Positions 1-10,623 of a stretch of 64,000 nucleotides of DNA are shown here, piece after piece. The notes beneath the pieces were generated by a model, which was not told where the DNA came from, ran no database searches, and saw only the letters and a program-made list of their open reading frames with translations. The position numbers and the translations under genes are program-made. Origin of the DNA: Sedimentisphaerales bacterium (lineage in GTDB: Bacteria; Planctomycetota; Phycisphaerae; Sedimentisphaerales; SM23-30); assembly GCA_963663965.2 (NCBI GenBank), contig CAXXFK010000040.1:96001-160000 (forward strand), read 5' to 3'. The number at the start of each line of letters is the position of its first letter. The stretch's first letter is position 1.

Positions 1-1959
1 AGCAGAAAAATGAAAATATTTACCGCGATTTTGGGCTGGAATCGGCGATTCAGATTCGAAAACCGCTCTGGTACAGACCTGCCCTATTGCGTGGTGTTTT
101 CAACCTGAGATAATAAGGGCATGTATCTCAAGCGGCACAAGCGAAAAAAGAACAGCAAGTACCATACTTACTACAGCATCGTCGAGAAGCGTAAGATTTC
201 TCGCGGGCGTTATGTGGAGAAGATGGTGTTGTATCTGGGTGAGATCTCCGATTCTCAGAAGAAGAGTTGGGAAAAATCCATTGAGATCATCAACGAAGAC
301 AACAAACCCGTTCGCAAATCATTATTCGCTTATGATCAGGACAAGGATATCCGTGTCGATGTCGATACCATTCCGGTCAAGCTGTCAAAAATGAAGCTGG
401 AAAACCCAAGAGCATTCGGCGATTGCTGGCTGGGTTGTGAGATATGGGACAGGCTGGGGTTGGATAAATTCTGGTCGGAAAGAATCGATACCGCTCAATC
501 ACCGGTCGCCTATTCCAAGGTGGTCAAATTACTCACGGTAAACCGCCTTATCAAGCCGGGCGCCGAGTTTTATGTTCATCAGCACTGGTACAGCCAAACG
601 GCGATGGATGTTCTGCTGGATTGCGATTTTGAGGTGGCTTCCAAAGACCGGCTTTACCGTTGTCTCGACAGAATACTGCCGTACAAGGAAGCGCTTTGTT
701 CTTATCTGAAAGACACCTGGCAGATGATGTTTAACCTGGAATATGACATCCTGCTCTATGACATCACCAGCACTTATTTTGAGGGGTTATGTAAGCAGAA
801 TCCCAAAGCGAAGTTCGGCCACAGCAAGGACCGCCGCAGTGATTGCCGGCAGATCCTGATCGCCCTGGTAGTGACTCCGGAGGGTTTTCCGCTTCATTAT
901 GAGGTTCTGGCCGGCAACACCTCGGAGAAAACCACGCTAAAGCCGTTATTGCACAAAATAGAGGCCAAATACGGCCGGGCGAACCGGGTCTGGTTGATGG
1001 ATCGCGGCATTCCCAACGAAGCGGTACTGGCCTATATGCGCGATAATGGCATTGATTATCTGGTCGGCACCCCGCGCAAATTACTGGATGAGTTCCAGAA
1101 AGAACTGACCGCTAAAGATTGGGAAGAAATCAGTGATAGCGTTCGCATAAAACATATCGACCAAGATGGAGAATGCTATGTTCTGGCCCAAAGCAAAGAT
1201 CGGATGACCAAAGAACGATCGATGCGTAAAAGGAAATTGCGTGCCTATCTGGAAGGATTGGAAAAGCTGAAGAAGTATCGGGATTATGCCCGCTTTATGC
1301 AAAAGCTGGGCCAACTCAAGCATCAGGCCGGCAGTGCTCATCAATGCGTCTCTCTGACCATCCCCAAACCCAAGGACCGGATTGAAGCAGGCGAATTTGA
1401 TTACAAGTTCGAGGCTGACCAATACCGGAAAATGAGCTATCGTGACGGCGCCTATTTTTTACGGACGAGCCAAACCGGAAAAGACGGCGCCGGGCTTTGG
1501 CAGGAATACATGTTGCAATGCAATGTCGAACAGGCCTTCAAAGAACTCAAGAGCGATCTGGGGATCCGGCCGGTGTATCATCATAAGGAAGACCGGGTGG
1601 ATGCCCATGTTTTGGTCGCGTTTATGAGTTATTGCTTACAAGTGACCTTGAGGCATAAACTGCGGGCCAGCGCCTGTGGCCTGACCAGCCAAGCCGTCTT
1701 GGAAACGATGTCACGCGTTCAGATGCTGGATGTGTCCTTTGAAACGCTAGACGGCAGAACTCTGTTGCTGCAGCGCTATACCGAGCCGCAGGAGGATCAC
1801 CAGCTGATTTTGCATCATTTGAAAATGGATTTACCGCCACAAAAACCGCCCAGAATATACAACGATAAACTCAAAAAATGACACCCCCCTTTGGGGACAG
1901 ACCAACCGCACTGACGGGGTCAAAAACCGCGATTTAACCCCCTAATTGCGAAATTCGGG
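1..1959 (+). mobile_element. IS1634-family insertion sequence (left end lies just outside the window)
   Basis: Carries a 586-aa DDE transposase. The right end ...TAATTGCGAAATTCGGG (~1943-1959) abuts host coding sequence, which it truncates. Confidence 0.85.
121..1881 (+). CDS. IS1634-family DDE transposase
   Basis: Motifs LYDITSTYFEG, FGHSKDRRSD, MDRGI, VEQAFKELKSDLGIRPVYH and RVDAHVLVAF. Confidence 0.93.
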   Translation: MYLKRHKRKKNSKYHTYYSIVEKRKISRGRYVEKMVLYLGEISDSQKKSWEKSIEIINEDNKPVRKSLFAYDQDKDIRVDVDTIPVKLSKMKLENPRAFGDCWLGCEIWDRLGLDKFWSERIDTAQSPVAYSKVVKLLTVNRLIKPGAEFYVHQHWYSQTAMDVLLDCDFEVASKDRLYRCLDRILPYKEALCSYLKDTWQMMFNLEYDILLYDITSTYFEGLCKQNPKAKFGHSKDRRSDCRQILIALVVTPEGFPLHYEVLAGNTSEKTTLKPLLHKIEAKYGRANRVWLMDRGIPNEAVLAYMRDNGIDYLVGTPRKLLDEFQKELTAKDWEEISDSVRIKHIDQDGECYVLAQSKDRMTKERSMRKRKLRAYLEGLEKLKKYRDYARFMQKLGQLKHQAGSAHQCVSLTIPKPKDRIEAGEFDYKFEADQYRKMSYRDGAYFLRTSQTGKDGAGLWQEYMLQCNVEQAFKELKSDLGIRPVYHHKEDRVDAHVLVAFMSYCLQVTLRHKLRASACGLTSQAVLETMSRVQMLDVSFETLDGRTLLLQRYTEPQEDHQLILHHLKMDLPPQKPPRIYNDKLKK

Positions 1960-3827
1960 TTAGGTTGAATGGGGCGTTACTCAAAGCGATTTTTTGCTCG
2001 CCGATATTTCTTTCCAGAGCTTCAAGCTGTTTGTCGTAGGCTCCTTTCTCAAATTGAGCCACAGGCTGTGATTGGTATAGCACCTGGATAACCTCTCCAT
2101 TGCGTGGATCCACATCCAACTGGATATCAAATTCGTCGATATGGATATGTGCCAGTGTGTTGTTATCGTAACTTATGCCGGTATCTGGCCGATTGGCAAG
2201 ATGAAACCAATAAGCGGGATGGACATCGACATCTGGCTGATATTCCAGGGAAGTTTCCTCATCGGATGCGCTTTTAATAGATCCCCCAAGCATCACACTC
2301 CATTGATGCTCGCCATCCTTAATCGGTGCCATTGTAAATTCAACCAGAACCTGGCCTTTCGGATCACTGGAAAGGACATGATAGTTCAAAATCGGGCAAA
2401 AATACCGTACCTGTTCCGGGGATAAGACCAACTGGTTTAATATCTGGGTTTGATTGGCCATCTCAGTCAGAATAATACCTTTTTGAGTCGAATAGACCAG
2501 TTCGACACTCAGTGCCGACGCACCCAGTAACTCCTGGAACCAGGTCCCCATACTGCCCCCATCGTCAAGGTCCAGTCTCAGCACGACATCCTTATCCCAT
2601 AACCGGTAACGAGCCATAAATTGGCCCACCTTTTGCATCAGGGCCTCTTTCTCACTCAACTTCCCATCCAGCGGTGTTGCCGGTTCGGTTTCTTCCATCG
2701 TAATGGTCAGGGTCGACTCCAGCGGTTTGTCGCTATCGATGACAGGCGTCACTTCAAAAAAACGAAAACGCCCGGAAGTGTAGAGTTTCCGCTGAATCTC
2801 TTTGATCAGAATATCATCCAGGAGTTGGCCGGTTTTCAAGCCCAGATAGCTCAGAACCTGTTCATCCGAATTGATTTTATTGCCGACCAGTTTAATGGCC
2901 CCGATCTGAGAGCGCACGCCTTCATTTTTAAATGTGATATGAAGCTCGGCCGTCAGCTGACTGTCATGGGTTACCAGTTCAACGGTAAACTCAGATTGAT
3001 AATATCCCAGAACATTCAGCAGACTATGAAGATACTGGGATAATGTTTTGGTAAAGGAAGGAACGAAAGATGGTGGTTGTTCAGTACTCCACAGCAAGGC
3101 GGCATAGACATCCCTGGCCAGTTCAGCATTCATATCGCCTTTCTTAATCGATTTCATGATGTCTGATATATTGGCCGCATCTTTAACGCGGGGATCGATT
3201 TCACTGAGACTGTTGATTAGGAGCCGCGCATAAATAACTACTGCATTTATCGCACAGCTTGTTGTCAGATTCAGTCGCGCCGATTGAGCGAAACCGCAGG
3301 CATAGCGATTCTATGTCGAGGATTTCGCGAGTGAGAAGCGGCTGAAGATGGCGGCAAGATGGGATGAAAAATGGAGTAGTTATTTTTGCGCGGTTCCTTA
3401 ATTTGTTTTTGAGCGTATCGGATGCTCCTTGGATAACCACCGATCCCTTGGTGTAACGCGGCCCTTCTTCGATCACAATCAGAATATGCTCCGGATTGGC
3501 AACATACTCGACATCGACCATGGGAGTGGCAAAACCGCCGTTAAGGTATCCCAGCTGAATTTTTGATTCCAAAACACTCAAATAACGGTCAAGCGAGCCA
3601 ACCGGGGATTGGGCAAGAATAACATCCTTGTCCCCGGACAACGCTTTACAGATCTCTTCTCTGGCATAGGTTTTATTCCCTGCCATAATCAGTGCGTCCA
3701 TGGAATCCATCACACCAACCGTTTTGGGCGGCGTTGCCGCCGGAACAGCCTGGATTACCAATAGGCAAACCCCAAGAAAAACCAATACTGAAACCCATCG
3801 TTTTTGGGGTGTATTTGACATAACCAT
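1960..3827 (-). pseudogene. Secreted POTRA-domain-containing protein, split by a MITE (3220-3397) and truncated at its 3' end by IS1634
   Basis: Signal peptide and POTRA-like segments (IEEGPRY...IQG; IGAIKLVGNK...LYTSGRF). Removing the MITE plus one TTA joins ORFs 3201..3827 and 1934..3157 in frame (...LKNKL-INSLSEIDPRVKDAANISDIMKSIKK...). Confidence 0.8.
3220..3397 (+). mobile_element. Palindromic MITE copy 1 (178 bp), TTA target duplication
   Basis: Terminal inverted repeats GGAGCCGCGCATAAATAA / TTATTTTTGCGCGGTTCC; TTA at 3217-3219 and 3398-3400; near-identical copies at 50898 and 62205. Confidence 0.92.
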
Positions 3828-4158
3828 CTCCTGTTAACATGGATATCCACTCAAGTTATGAATATCACCTTATGGCGCGCGTTATATCAATATTCTTTAT
3901 AAGAGAACCTGGCTTATAGCCTGTACAAACTTGTCTTCCCACCGGCTTAATCTCGGATTCTTCTAAAACCCATCACCGGTCGCCAACCAATATAAGCCTG
4001 CTTGTGATATTCCGCAATAGAAAAACCTGCTTCCAGGACTGCGCAGCCATCACAACCCTTCTATGGATTCTCAGAGAATATGACCCCGAGAATCACGATG
4101 AAATCAACAATAACTTAGGCACCCGGCCATAGTAGCAAACTCATTTTGTCTGGCGCCC

Positions 4159-5190
4159 TCAGTTATCATATTGATAACTCATCAATCGAGCCGCTTCTGA
4201 AGCCGAAATTCGGATAATCGTACCATGACGATACCCGCCCGGAGTAACCATTTTCTGGCGAATACTCATCCAGTGCTTCATGTCTTTACTCTCGTACCCG
4301 CTGGAATAATTCTGGCAGGCATAATAAAGCCGCACCTTCTCCCCGAACTGCACCGCACAGGGCCCCTCCGCCCAGCCTTCCTCCGGCGCCGTAATCATGT
4401 TCGGATCAACCACATAGGGACCTTCCCGGGCGGGCGCTTTAGCCACCAGAATCCCCCGTTTGGGTTCCTCGCGCCGGTCGGCCTTAAAAAACATAAAATA
4501 ACCCTGATCCGCCTCATGATACAGGTAGGAGTCAATCGCCAGACAATCCCCGTTGAATAACAGCCGGGACGGGGTGAATGTTCGAAACTCTTTGGTAACT
4601 GCATAGTAAATCCGTGGATTCGCATGCCCGTTAAAAAGCGCCAGCGTTTCCGGAAAAATATCCCTGACCGAGGAAGACCAGTGAATCAGCCACTCCTTTT
4701 TCTGACTATCCCAGAACAGTTCCGGTGCCCAGATAAAGTCTGTCTTGTCATGGTCCTTCATCAGCTCAATCACACGTTGCTCGCTCCAATGAATCAGATC
4801 CCTGGAACAGGCGTATCCAATCCCTTTATACCTGTTGCAATTCCACGCTATCGTCCATACCAGATGATAGGTACCCTTGTCATCCCTGGCGATCGATGGA
4901 TCGCGAAACACCTCGCCGACCGTCGGCTTCAGTACCGACCTGTCCTCATGAATCACCTGCCACTCCAAACCTTCCCGGCTCACTGCCAGATGCAATCCAT
5001 CTGTCTGGTTGGGTTCCCGATGAGATGTCATCAAAAACCAGTCCCCCAAACTCACCTCTGCCTCATCACCCGCCATGCCATTCTCGGTACCCTGCCCCCA
5101 GGCCATTTGGGCTATACAACAAAGCACCACCCACCCCCCGGCCATTACCATTCGCCTGCCGCAATCTATTCTGTTCATAACCTGCTCCAA
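4159..5190 (-). CDS. Secreted five-bladed beta-propeller glycoside hydrolase (GH43-like)
   Basis: Signal peptide; RDPSI, WAPE, IDS and WAEGP motifs. Confidence 0.8.
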   Translation of the reverse strand: MEQVMNRIDCGRRMVMAGGWVVLCCIAQMAWGQGTENGMAGDEAEVSLGDWFLMTSHREPNQTDGLHLAVSREGLEWQVIHEDRSVLKPTVGEVFRDPSIARDDKGTYHLVWTIAWNCNRYKGIGYACSRDLIHWSEQRVIELMKDHDKTDFIWAPELFWDSQKKEWLIHWSSSVRDIFPETLALFNGHANPRIYYAVTKEFRTFTPSRLLFNGDCLAIDSYLYHEADQGYFMFFKADRREEPKRGILVAKAPAREGPYVVDPNMITAPEEGWAEGPCAVQFGEKVRLYYACQNYSSGYESKDMKHWMSIRQKMVTPGGYRHGTIIRISASEAARLMSYQYDN

Positions 5191-5448
5191 AATCTTGGTT
5201 TTATAAATATGATGAATTGAAAAGGAGTAATAGTGTAAATGATCGATCGGGCAATGAACAACTGCTTGATCATCAAAACAATAACCACATTATTTATAGG
5301 TACTTAAAGAACCTCAAGAACCACCTTCAATTTCAAACCGGATTCCCGCACGCATTACAGAAGCCCGAAGGATCGAAAGGTCTACCGTCCATTCAAATCA
5401 CCGGGGTTTTTATTCTATCGCGCAGACTGCACGAAAAAAGCTTTCCGA

Positions 5449-6375
5449 TCAATGCAGAATCTGCCCTTTAATACAATCGCCCGGCACATCCAGCAACTGG
5501 ATACTGGAGATAGTGCGCATGGTTTTGTGGTCGAAGAAGGTCCAGACCACTTTCTTCTCGGGTGTCACTTCGATAATATGGGGCGCCTTGCCGAACTGGT
5601 TGTGGCCCACCCAGTTGGTCATCACAGTATTGCCATTGGGCAGCCGCTGGAGCCCGGTCATGAATTTCAGACTGATACCCTCGGGCAGGTCCTTCGTCTG
5701 GACCTGCCAGACGATTTTATCTTTGGGATCGACCTCGATCACCTGCTGTTTCTGATCCTTGTCACCACAGGCGATCAGGGTATTGCCGTTGGGCAGCCGT
5801 ACCACGCTGTGTGGTCCGCCCGGCGCACTGATCGTGCGAACCGTCTCGCCCTGCGGATCATATTCGCGCACCAGCTGCTGGCCGTAATGACACACCAGCG
5901 TATTGCCGTTGGGCAGTCTCCGCGCGTTACGAATGTAGGTATGGCCGCCGTCTTTGCCTTCCGGCAGCAGGTCGATACTTTTGACAATAGTCCCGTCCGG
6001 CGCCACATCGAGCAGCCGGCCGTAGTTGCACTCGGCGATAAAGGTATTGCCGTTGGGCAGCCGCTGACAGGCGAAAATTTCACTGGCGGACTCGTATTGA
6101 AAAACCACCTTTTTCTCCCGGGTCACCTCCCGGACCCCGCGGCCGGTGTTAAAGAGCAGGTTGCCATTGGGCAGCACCCAAAGATCGTTGCAGTTTTTGG
6201 CCTCGGCGTATTCCCACAGAACCTTGCCCTCGGCCGAGACCATAAAGACCTTGCCCTGGGTATAGTCGGTACAGGCAAACGGATGGCCGACGCCGGACTG
6301 AATCGGCGCAGCAGATTCCTGGGCATAAAGGCCGCTGATCAGCAGCAAAGTCAGCATCGGAACAATCGTTTTCAT
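5449..6375 (-). CDS. Secreted beta-propeller repeat protein (PQQ-like/arylsulfotransferase-like)
   Basis: Signal peptide; five (R)LPNGNTL-type repeats with G-x-V-V-W blades. Confidence 0.75.
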   Translation of the reverse strand: MKTIVPMLTLLLISGLYAQESAAPIQSGVGHPFACTDYTQGKVFMVSAEGKVLWEYAEAKNCNDLWVLPNGNLLFNTGRGVREVTREKKVVFQYESASEIFACQRLPNGNTFIAECNYGRLLDVAPDGTIVKSIDLLPEGKDGGHTYIRNARRLPNGNTLVCHYGQQLVREYDPQGETVRTISAPGGPHSVVRLPNGNTLIACGDKDQKQQVIEVDPKDKIVWQVQTKDLPEGISLKFMTGLQRLPNGNTVMTNWVGHNQFGKAPHIIEVTPEKKVVWTFFDHKTMRTISSIQLLDVPGDCIKGQILH

Positions 6376-6793
6376 GGCAGTCCTTCAGTTGTGGGTGAAT
6401 TTATTCGAAAGGTCATCATAAACCCCAATACGTACATTGGCAACTGGATTCTATGATTGGCCGTTTCCCCGTACCAGCATCTTCATAGCCTTGTTTGAAT
6501 GGACTTATTTTATAACTGTTTATTCATCATATAGTTAATGGGCTTGCTTAATTTCCAACCAAAGTTTCAATCCAAATCAATCACCCCATCATACCCCCCC
6601 ACTCTACCTGGTTAAACCCAAATCCCTATAGCAAAATTATAAAATTCCCTTTCGTGTGGTCCGTACTACTATCCGTCATTTCTTTGTATTATTTTCGTTA
6701 TTTCATTGCTCAGCAGGGCTTCATTTGTCATTATGAATAGACCTGTTTGAATGCCGGCTCGAAGCTGTAATAATTTACCTTGTCTGCATGCTA

Positions 6794-6830
6794 GGGAGCC
6801 GCGCCTGAATAAATGATACATTTATCGCCA
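6794..6830 (+). repeat. Degenerate left-end fragment of the MITE
   Basis: GGAGCCGCGCCTGAATAAATGATACATTTATCGC versus GGAGCCGCGCATAAATAAATGCTGCATTTATCGC in the full copies. Confidence 0.65.
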
Positions 6831-6867
6831 GGCAATTTTCTTAATTTTGTTTTTATTCCATTTACAA

Positions 6868-7000
6868 TTGAATTTTCCCGTTGTACCGGGAGATAAATAA
6901 TTGACGTGTAATAAGTTGTCTTTCGAGCGATCAGGAATTTTCATACCCATTGGGGATAAATTCATAATTTGTCATTCTCAAACTGATCTTTGGTCAGTTA
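6868..7000 (+). repeat. Non-coding motif (promoter/leader or ncRNA) with a homologous copy at ~36720-36840
   Basis: Shared blocks TTGAATTTTCC, CCGGGAGATAA, TTGACGwGTAAT, TTTCGAGCGA, GGAATTT and ATACCCA in the same order. Confidence 0.7.
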
Positions 7001-7019
7001 GAGCGATCAGGAGATAGCT

Positions 7020-8543
7020 ATGATGGATAGAAGACATTTCCTCAAGTCTGCCGGATTTATGATTTCCGGATCAGCCCTGTTTACCCACGTTACCGATGTG
7101 ATGGCCGCGGCCACGGCTGGCGCTGAGTCGAAAAAGCCCAACATCGTGTTCATCATGACCGACCAGCAGTTTGGAGATGCCATGAGCTGCCGCATGGGCA
7201 AGCGTTATCTCAACACGCCGGCCATGGACAGTCTGGCTGAAAATGGGGTGTTTTTTTCCCGGGCTTACACGCCCAACCCGCTATGTATGCCCGCCCGGAA
7301 CTCGATCTTTACCGGGCGCTATCCCCATGAGACCGGGGTAACCCAAAATGCCAACCCCCAGGGCGGCCGCCTGGCCCTGGAGTTTGTCTTCATGGGAACC
7401 TATTTCCGCAATGCCGGATACACCACGGCTTACACCGGCAAATGGCATATCTGTCTTGACAGCAATGATACCCAAGCCCACGGTTTCCAGATTTTAGCAC
7501 GCCCCAAGCTTGAGAATCCCCAGGACGATAATTATGACTCTCGAATTTCTCATTCGGCCGTGGAATTCCTGCGGCAAAAACATCAGCAGCCGTTCCTGCT
7601 GGTCGTCAGTTTATTGAATCCACACAATATCTGCGAATGGGCTCGCCGCCTGGCCGGACGACAACAGAAGCTTAACTGCGGAGAGATCGGTTCGCCCCCG
7701 CAGTCGGATCAGCTGCCCCCGGCGCCGCAGAACCTGGAAGTGCCCCAAAACGAATCCGATACCATGATTACCCTGCGCAAGGCGTATCAGGTTCCGACGG
7801 GGTCGTTCCCGGTCGGAGATTTTACGGCGGAAACCTGGCGGCAGCACCGATGGGGATACTATCGGATGATCGAAAAGGTGGACGGCGAGATAGCCGGAAT
7901 CCTTAACGCGCTGAAGGCGTCCGGCCTCGAAAATGACACAGTCGTTATTTTTACCAGCGATCACGGCGACTGTGCCGGAGCCCATCGTTTCAATCAGAAA
8001 ACCGTTTTCTACGAAGAGTCCGCCCGTGTTCCGCTGATTATCTCTTATCCGGGTAAAACCCCCAAAGCGGTGTCTGACCGGCTGGTGAATACGGGGGTGG
8101 ATATTCTTCCCACAATGCTGGATTTTGCCGGAGTGCAACCCCCTGCACCACTGAAAGGCCGCTCTCTGAAACCTGTCGCGCTGGGAGAACCCGTATCTCA
8201 ATGGCGCGATTATGTCGTCGTTGAAAACAACATGACCCAGACGCCTGATGTGATGGACGGTATCGTTCCCAAATCCAAAGGCCGAATGGTTCGCACCGGG
8301 CAGTTCAAGTATTGTCTCTATCAGTACGGTCAACAGCGCGAATCCCTGTTTGATATGGAACACGATCCGCTGGAAACGGAGAACCTCGCCAGGAATCCGA
8401 AATATCACGATATTCTACTTGAGCACCGTAAATTGTTGTCGGAATTCGCAGATCAATACCATGATACTCTCGTCGCCGAAATGTTAGCCGACAATATCAA
8501 ACCGAGACCGTTTCCCAAAGCATCAGAAAAGCAAAAATCCTAG
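7020..8543 (+). CDS. Tat-exported formylglycine-dependent sulfatase (S1)
   Basis: RRHFLK Tat motif; PNIVFIMTDQ; CMPAR (CxPxR); GKWH; FTSDHGD. Confidence 0.93.
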   Translation: MMDRRHFLKSAGFMISGSALFTHVTDVMAAATAGAESKKPNIVFIMTDQQFGDAMSCRMGKRYLNTPAMDSLAENGVFFSRAYTPNPLCMPARNSIFTGRYPHETGVTQNANPQGGRLALEFVFMGTYFRNAGYTTAYTGKWHICLDSNDTQAHGFQILARPKLENPQDDNYDSRISHSAVEFLRQKHQQPFLLVVSLLNPHNICEWARRLAGRQQKLNCGEIGSPPQSDQLPPAPQNLEVPQNESDTMITLRKAYQVPTGSFPVGDFTAETWRQHRWGYYRMIEKVDGEIAGILNALKASGLENDTVVIFTSDHGDCAGAHRFNQKTVFYEESARVPLIISYPGKTPKAVSDRLVNTGVDILPTMLDFAGVQPPAPLKGRSLKPVALGEPVSQWRDYVVVENNMTQTPDVMDGIVPKSKGRMVRTGQFKYCLYQYGQQRESLFDMEHDPLETENLARNPKYHDILLEHRKLLSEFADQYHDTLVAEMLADNIKPRPFPKASEKQKS

Positions 8544-8709
8544 TCGCACGCTCAAAAACAGCCGGTAGCCTCAACAAGCGGTCTCAAAATAGCCTCTTCG
8601 CCCCCCGCACAGCGCCGCTTGTGAATGCCTATACCCGCCTATGCATCTCCCCCGTTTTTCAATTCCAAACCGAACCCCCACAAGCATTACCGAAGCCCAA
8701 TGAGTCAAA

Positions 8710-8810
8710 AATCCGCCTCAGGCGGGCTGCCAGTCTCTGGCCGGGGGTGTCAACCCGCCGGAAAATTCGCCCCCCATCCCCTCAAAGGCCTGAAAGGCCG
8801 GCAGGCAGAA
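8710..8810. repeat. Cluster of short REP-like palindromes
   Basis: CCGCCTCAGGCGG, GCCGGGGTGTCAACCCGCCGG and GGCCTGAAAGGCC; related CCGCC..GGCGG palindromes near 11691 and 58609. Confidence 0.5.
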
Positions 8811-8924
8811 TGACTCATTCCAAACATTCTCCTGACTGCCTGATCCACATCATCGACTATGCTAAAATGATTCATCATACTTTGATCCATCCTGTCTCAT
8901 CTTGTGATCTCGTCAAAATATTTG

Positions 8925-9041
8925 CTACAAAATCTCAACGATCTCCATCATCACCTGCCAGCGGTCATTGAAGTAATAGTGCGTCACAGTATCCACCGCC
9001 TCGCCCGGCATCCGCATCTCGATGCGGCGTCCCAAGATATT
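8925..9041 (-). pseudogene. Rhs/YD-repeat core stub, copy 1
   Basis: Translates NILGRRIEMRMPGEAVDTVTHYYFNDRWQVMMEIVEIL*, matching the YDALGRR...T.YYY...WQV.EE pattern of Rhs cores. Confidence 0.7.
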
Positions 9042-9046
9042 TTACA

Positions 9047-9601
9047 TTATGGGAAATCTATTTTGATTGACTGCGCTTCCGGTTTTCCAATTTTTTTAAT
9101 TAATTCGCTTCTTTTAATCGGAATACTAATTGGGGGGGTATCAGGTATAATCAAAATACACAGATTTGTTTTCGTTTTATCATATTCAAGACCAACACTG
9201 ATATCAATTTCTTCATTAGTCAAATAAATCTTAAAATCATGGATAAGGTATCCATTTAAATATTTTGTTCCAATGGCTATAGTACCATCCGTATTTATCT
9301 CATAGTCAATTTCCGGTTGAGCATCTAATAACTCTTTGATTTGTTCCCGGCTAATATCATTAATGGGAATATCAAGGTTATTGAAATTCAATCTGATATC
9401 AGAATTTTTATAACCGGTAATATCGACACCATAAATTGTTATGTCAAATTTTGAGTGTCCACTGCCAACAAATCTGAGCTTTCCACCATCGTAAAATATA
9501 TCATATCTTTTCAAAAAAGTATTAAATTGAATCTCATACCAGACGATCCATATCGTCAAAATTATTAGTACAATGATTACATATTTTCTTTTCATTATCA
9601 C
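9047..9601 (-). CDS. AT-rich hypothetical protein with N-terminal membrane anchor (putative orphan immunity protein)
   Basis: MKRKYVIIVLIILTIWIVW N-terminus (ATG start at 9595 likely); low GC; followed directly by an Rhs stub. Confidence 0.65.
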   Translation of the reverse strand: MIMKRKYVIIVLIILTIWIVWYEIQFNTFLKRYDIFYDGGKLRFVGSGHSKFDITIYGVDITGYKNSDIRLNFNNLDIPINDISREQIKELLDAQPEIDYEINTDGTIAIGTKYLNGYLIHDFKIYLTNEEIDISVGLEYDKTKTNLCILIIPDTPPISIPIKRSELIKKIGKPEAQSIKIDFP

Positions 9602-9618
9602 AACACAATATCCTGACA

Positions 9619-9690
9619 GATAAGCGTACCCTATAAATTTTCAGTCACTATTTTCTGATCCATCCTGTCATCCTGTCTAAATTATTTTTC
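9619..9690. repeat. REP-like CTGATCCATCCTGTC-ATCCTGTCTAAA repeat (short form)
   Basis: Related copies at ~8882-8920, 10436-10505 and 11192-11295. Confidence 0.8.
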
Positions 9691-9774
9691 TAAATTTATT
9701 CATCAATCCCATTGCCATAGACATACAACTCTTATTAGCTTTAATAAAAATGGCGTTATTTCAACTTGTTAGAT

Positions 9775-10233
9775 CTAGGGCAGATTTAGACCTTTGTATT
9801 TTTTTGTAATTCTCTTATCGATTTCATAATGTCCATCGGTATTTCTTTTAATACAAAATACTTCTGCATCAATACAAGGAATAGGCCAATAGCCATATAT
9901 CTGAACTATTACCAACATCTCATCTTCTAATTGTTTCGCCTCAGCTCTCTGATCACAACCTTCAGGAGTTATCCCATATTCCAAAGCGCTATCAGCTCCA
10001 CCTAGATGATAATCTACTGTCCATAATTCAATATCATTCATACTCTTAAATATGACGGAATTAATGCCTCTGAATCTCGTGCCATATGGCTTCATGGATA
10101 TCACTAAATTGGGATTAGATAATATGTCTATATTGACCCCATGATATGGCATAATACCTATTAGCCAAATTAAAACAAATATAACGCAACACAATATTGT
10201 AACAATCAAAATTTTAAACCATTTAATTAGCAT
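9775..10233 (-). CDS. AT-rich hypothetical protein with N-terminal membrane anchor (putative orphan immunity protein)
   Basis: ATG at 10233 gives MLIKWFKILIVTILCCVIFVLIW; shares a W..L.YG..P..Q motif with the neighbouring gene at 10624. Confidence 0.65.
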   Translation of the reverse strand: MLIKWFKILIVTILCCVIFVLIWLIGIMPYHGVNIDILSNPNLVISMKPYGTRFRGINSVIFKSMNDIELWTVDYHLGGADSALEYGITPEGCDQRAEAKQLEDEMLVIVQIYGYWPIPCIDAEVFCIKRNTDGHYEIDKRITKKYKGLNLP

Positions 10234-10435
10234 ATTAGAACTCGTTCCTAAACCTGATGAAATACAGGTCTGATAACCCAAACTTGGATTGGGGCATACC
10301 CAAAGAATAATGGCAGTGTGTCAAAGACTTCATTCCCCAACCCAAAGCGCGGCCGGGTAACCTCGACAACCTGTCACGAATGGCACCGGTCAAGCACAGC
10401 TTGTCGTTGTATAACGCATTATTATCCATCACTTT

Positions 10436-10505
10436 TTTCTGATCCATCCTGTCAATGAGCTGAAAGTCCCGATGGCTATCGGGATGATCCTGTCTAAAAT
10501 ATTTT
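10436..10505. repeat. REP-like repeat, long form with internal TCCCGATGGCTATCGGGA palindrome
   Basis: 70 bp identical to 11226-11295. Confidence 0.9.
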
Positions 10506-10510
10506 TCTTT

Positions 10511-10618
10511 AAAATCTCGACGATCTCCATCATCACCTGCCAGCGGTCATTGAAGTAATAGCGCGTCACAGTATCCACCACCTCACCCGCATCTCGATGC
10601 GGTTGTCTAGGGCATAAT
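10511..10618 (-). pseudogene. Rhs/YD-repeat core stub, copy 2
   Basis: Near-identical to 8925-9041 with a 7-nt deletion; reads YALDNRIEMR../DTVTRYYFNDRWQVMMEIVEIL. Confidence 0.7.
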
Positions 10619-10623
10619 TAATT

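Noticed and set aside
3220..3400. In-frame (RPE-style) peptide insertion by the MITE
   Set aside because: Net insertion is 181 bp (184 for the other copies), not a multiple of 3
5452..6456. Long antisense ORFs (also 51711-53036, 57111-58532 and many shorter ones)
   Set aside because: Shadows of GC-rich real genes on the opposite strand, with no motifs
6564..6578. GTTTCAATCC (also ~11626), resembling the start of a CRISPR repeat
   Set aside because: Only two copies 5 kb apart, no regular spacers and no cas genes
8904..9227. 107-aa plus-strand ORF
   Set aside because: Antisense to the Rhs stub and to the 9047 gene
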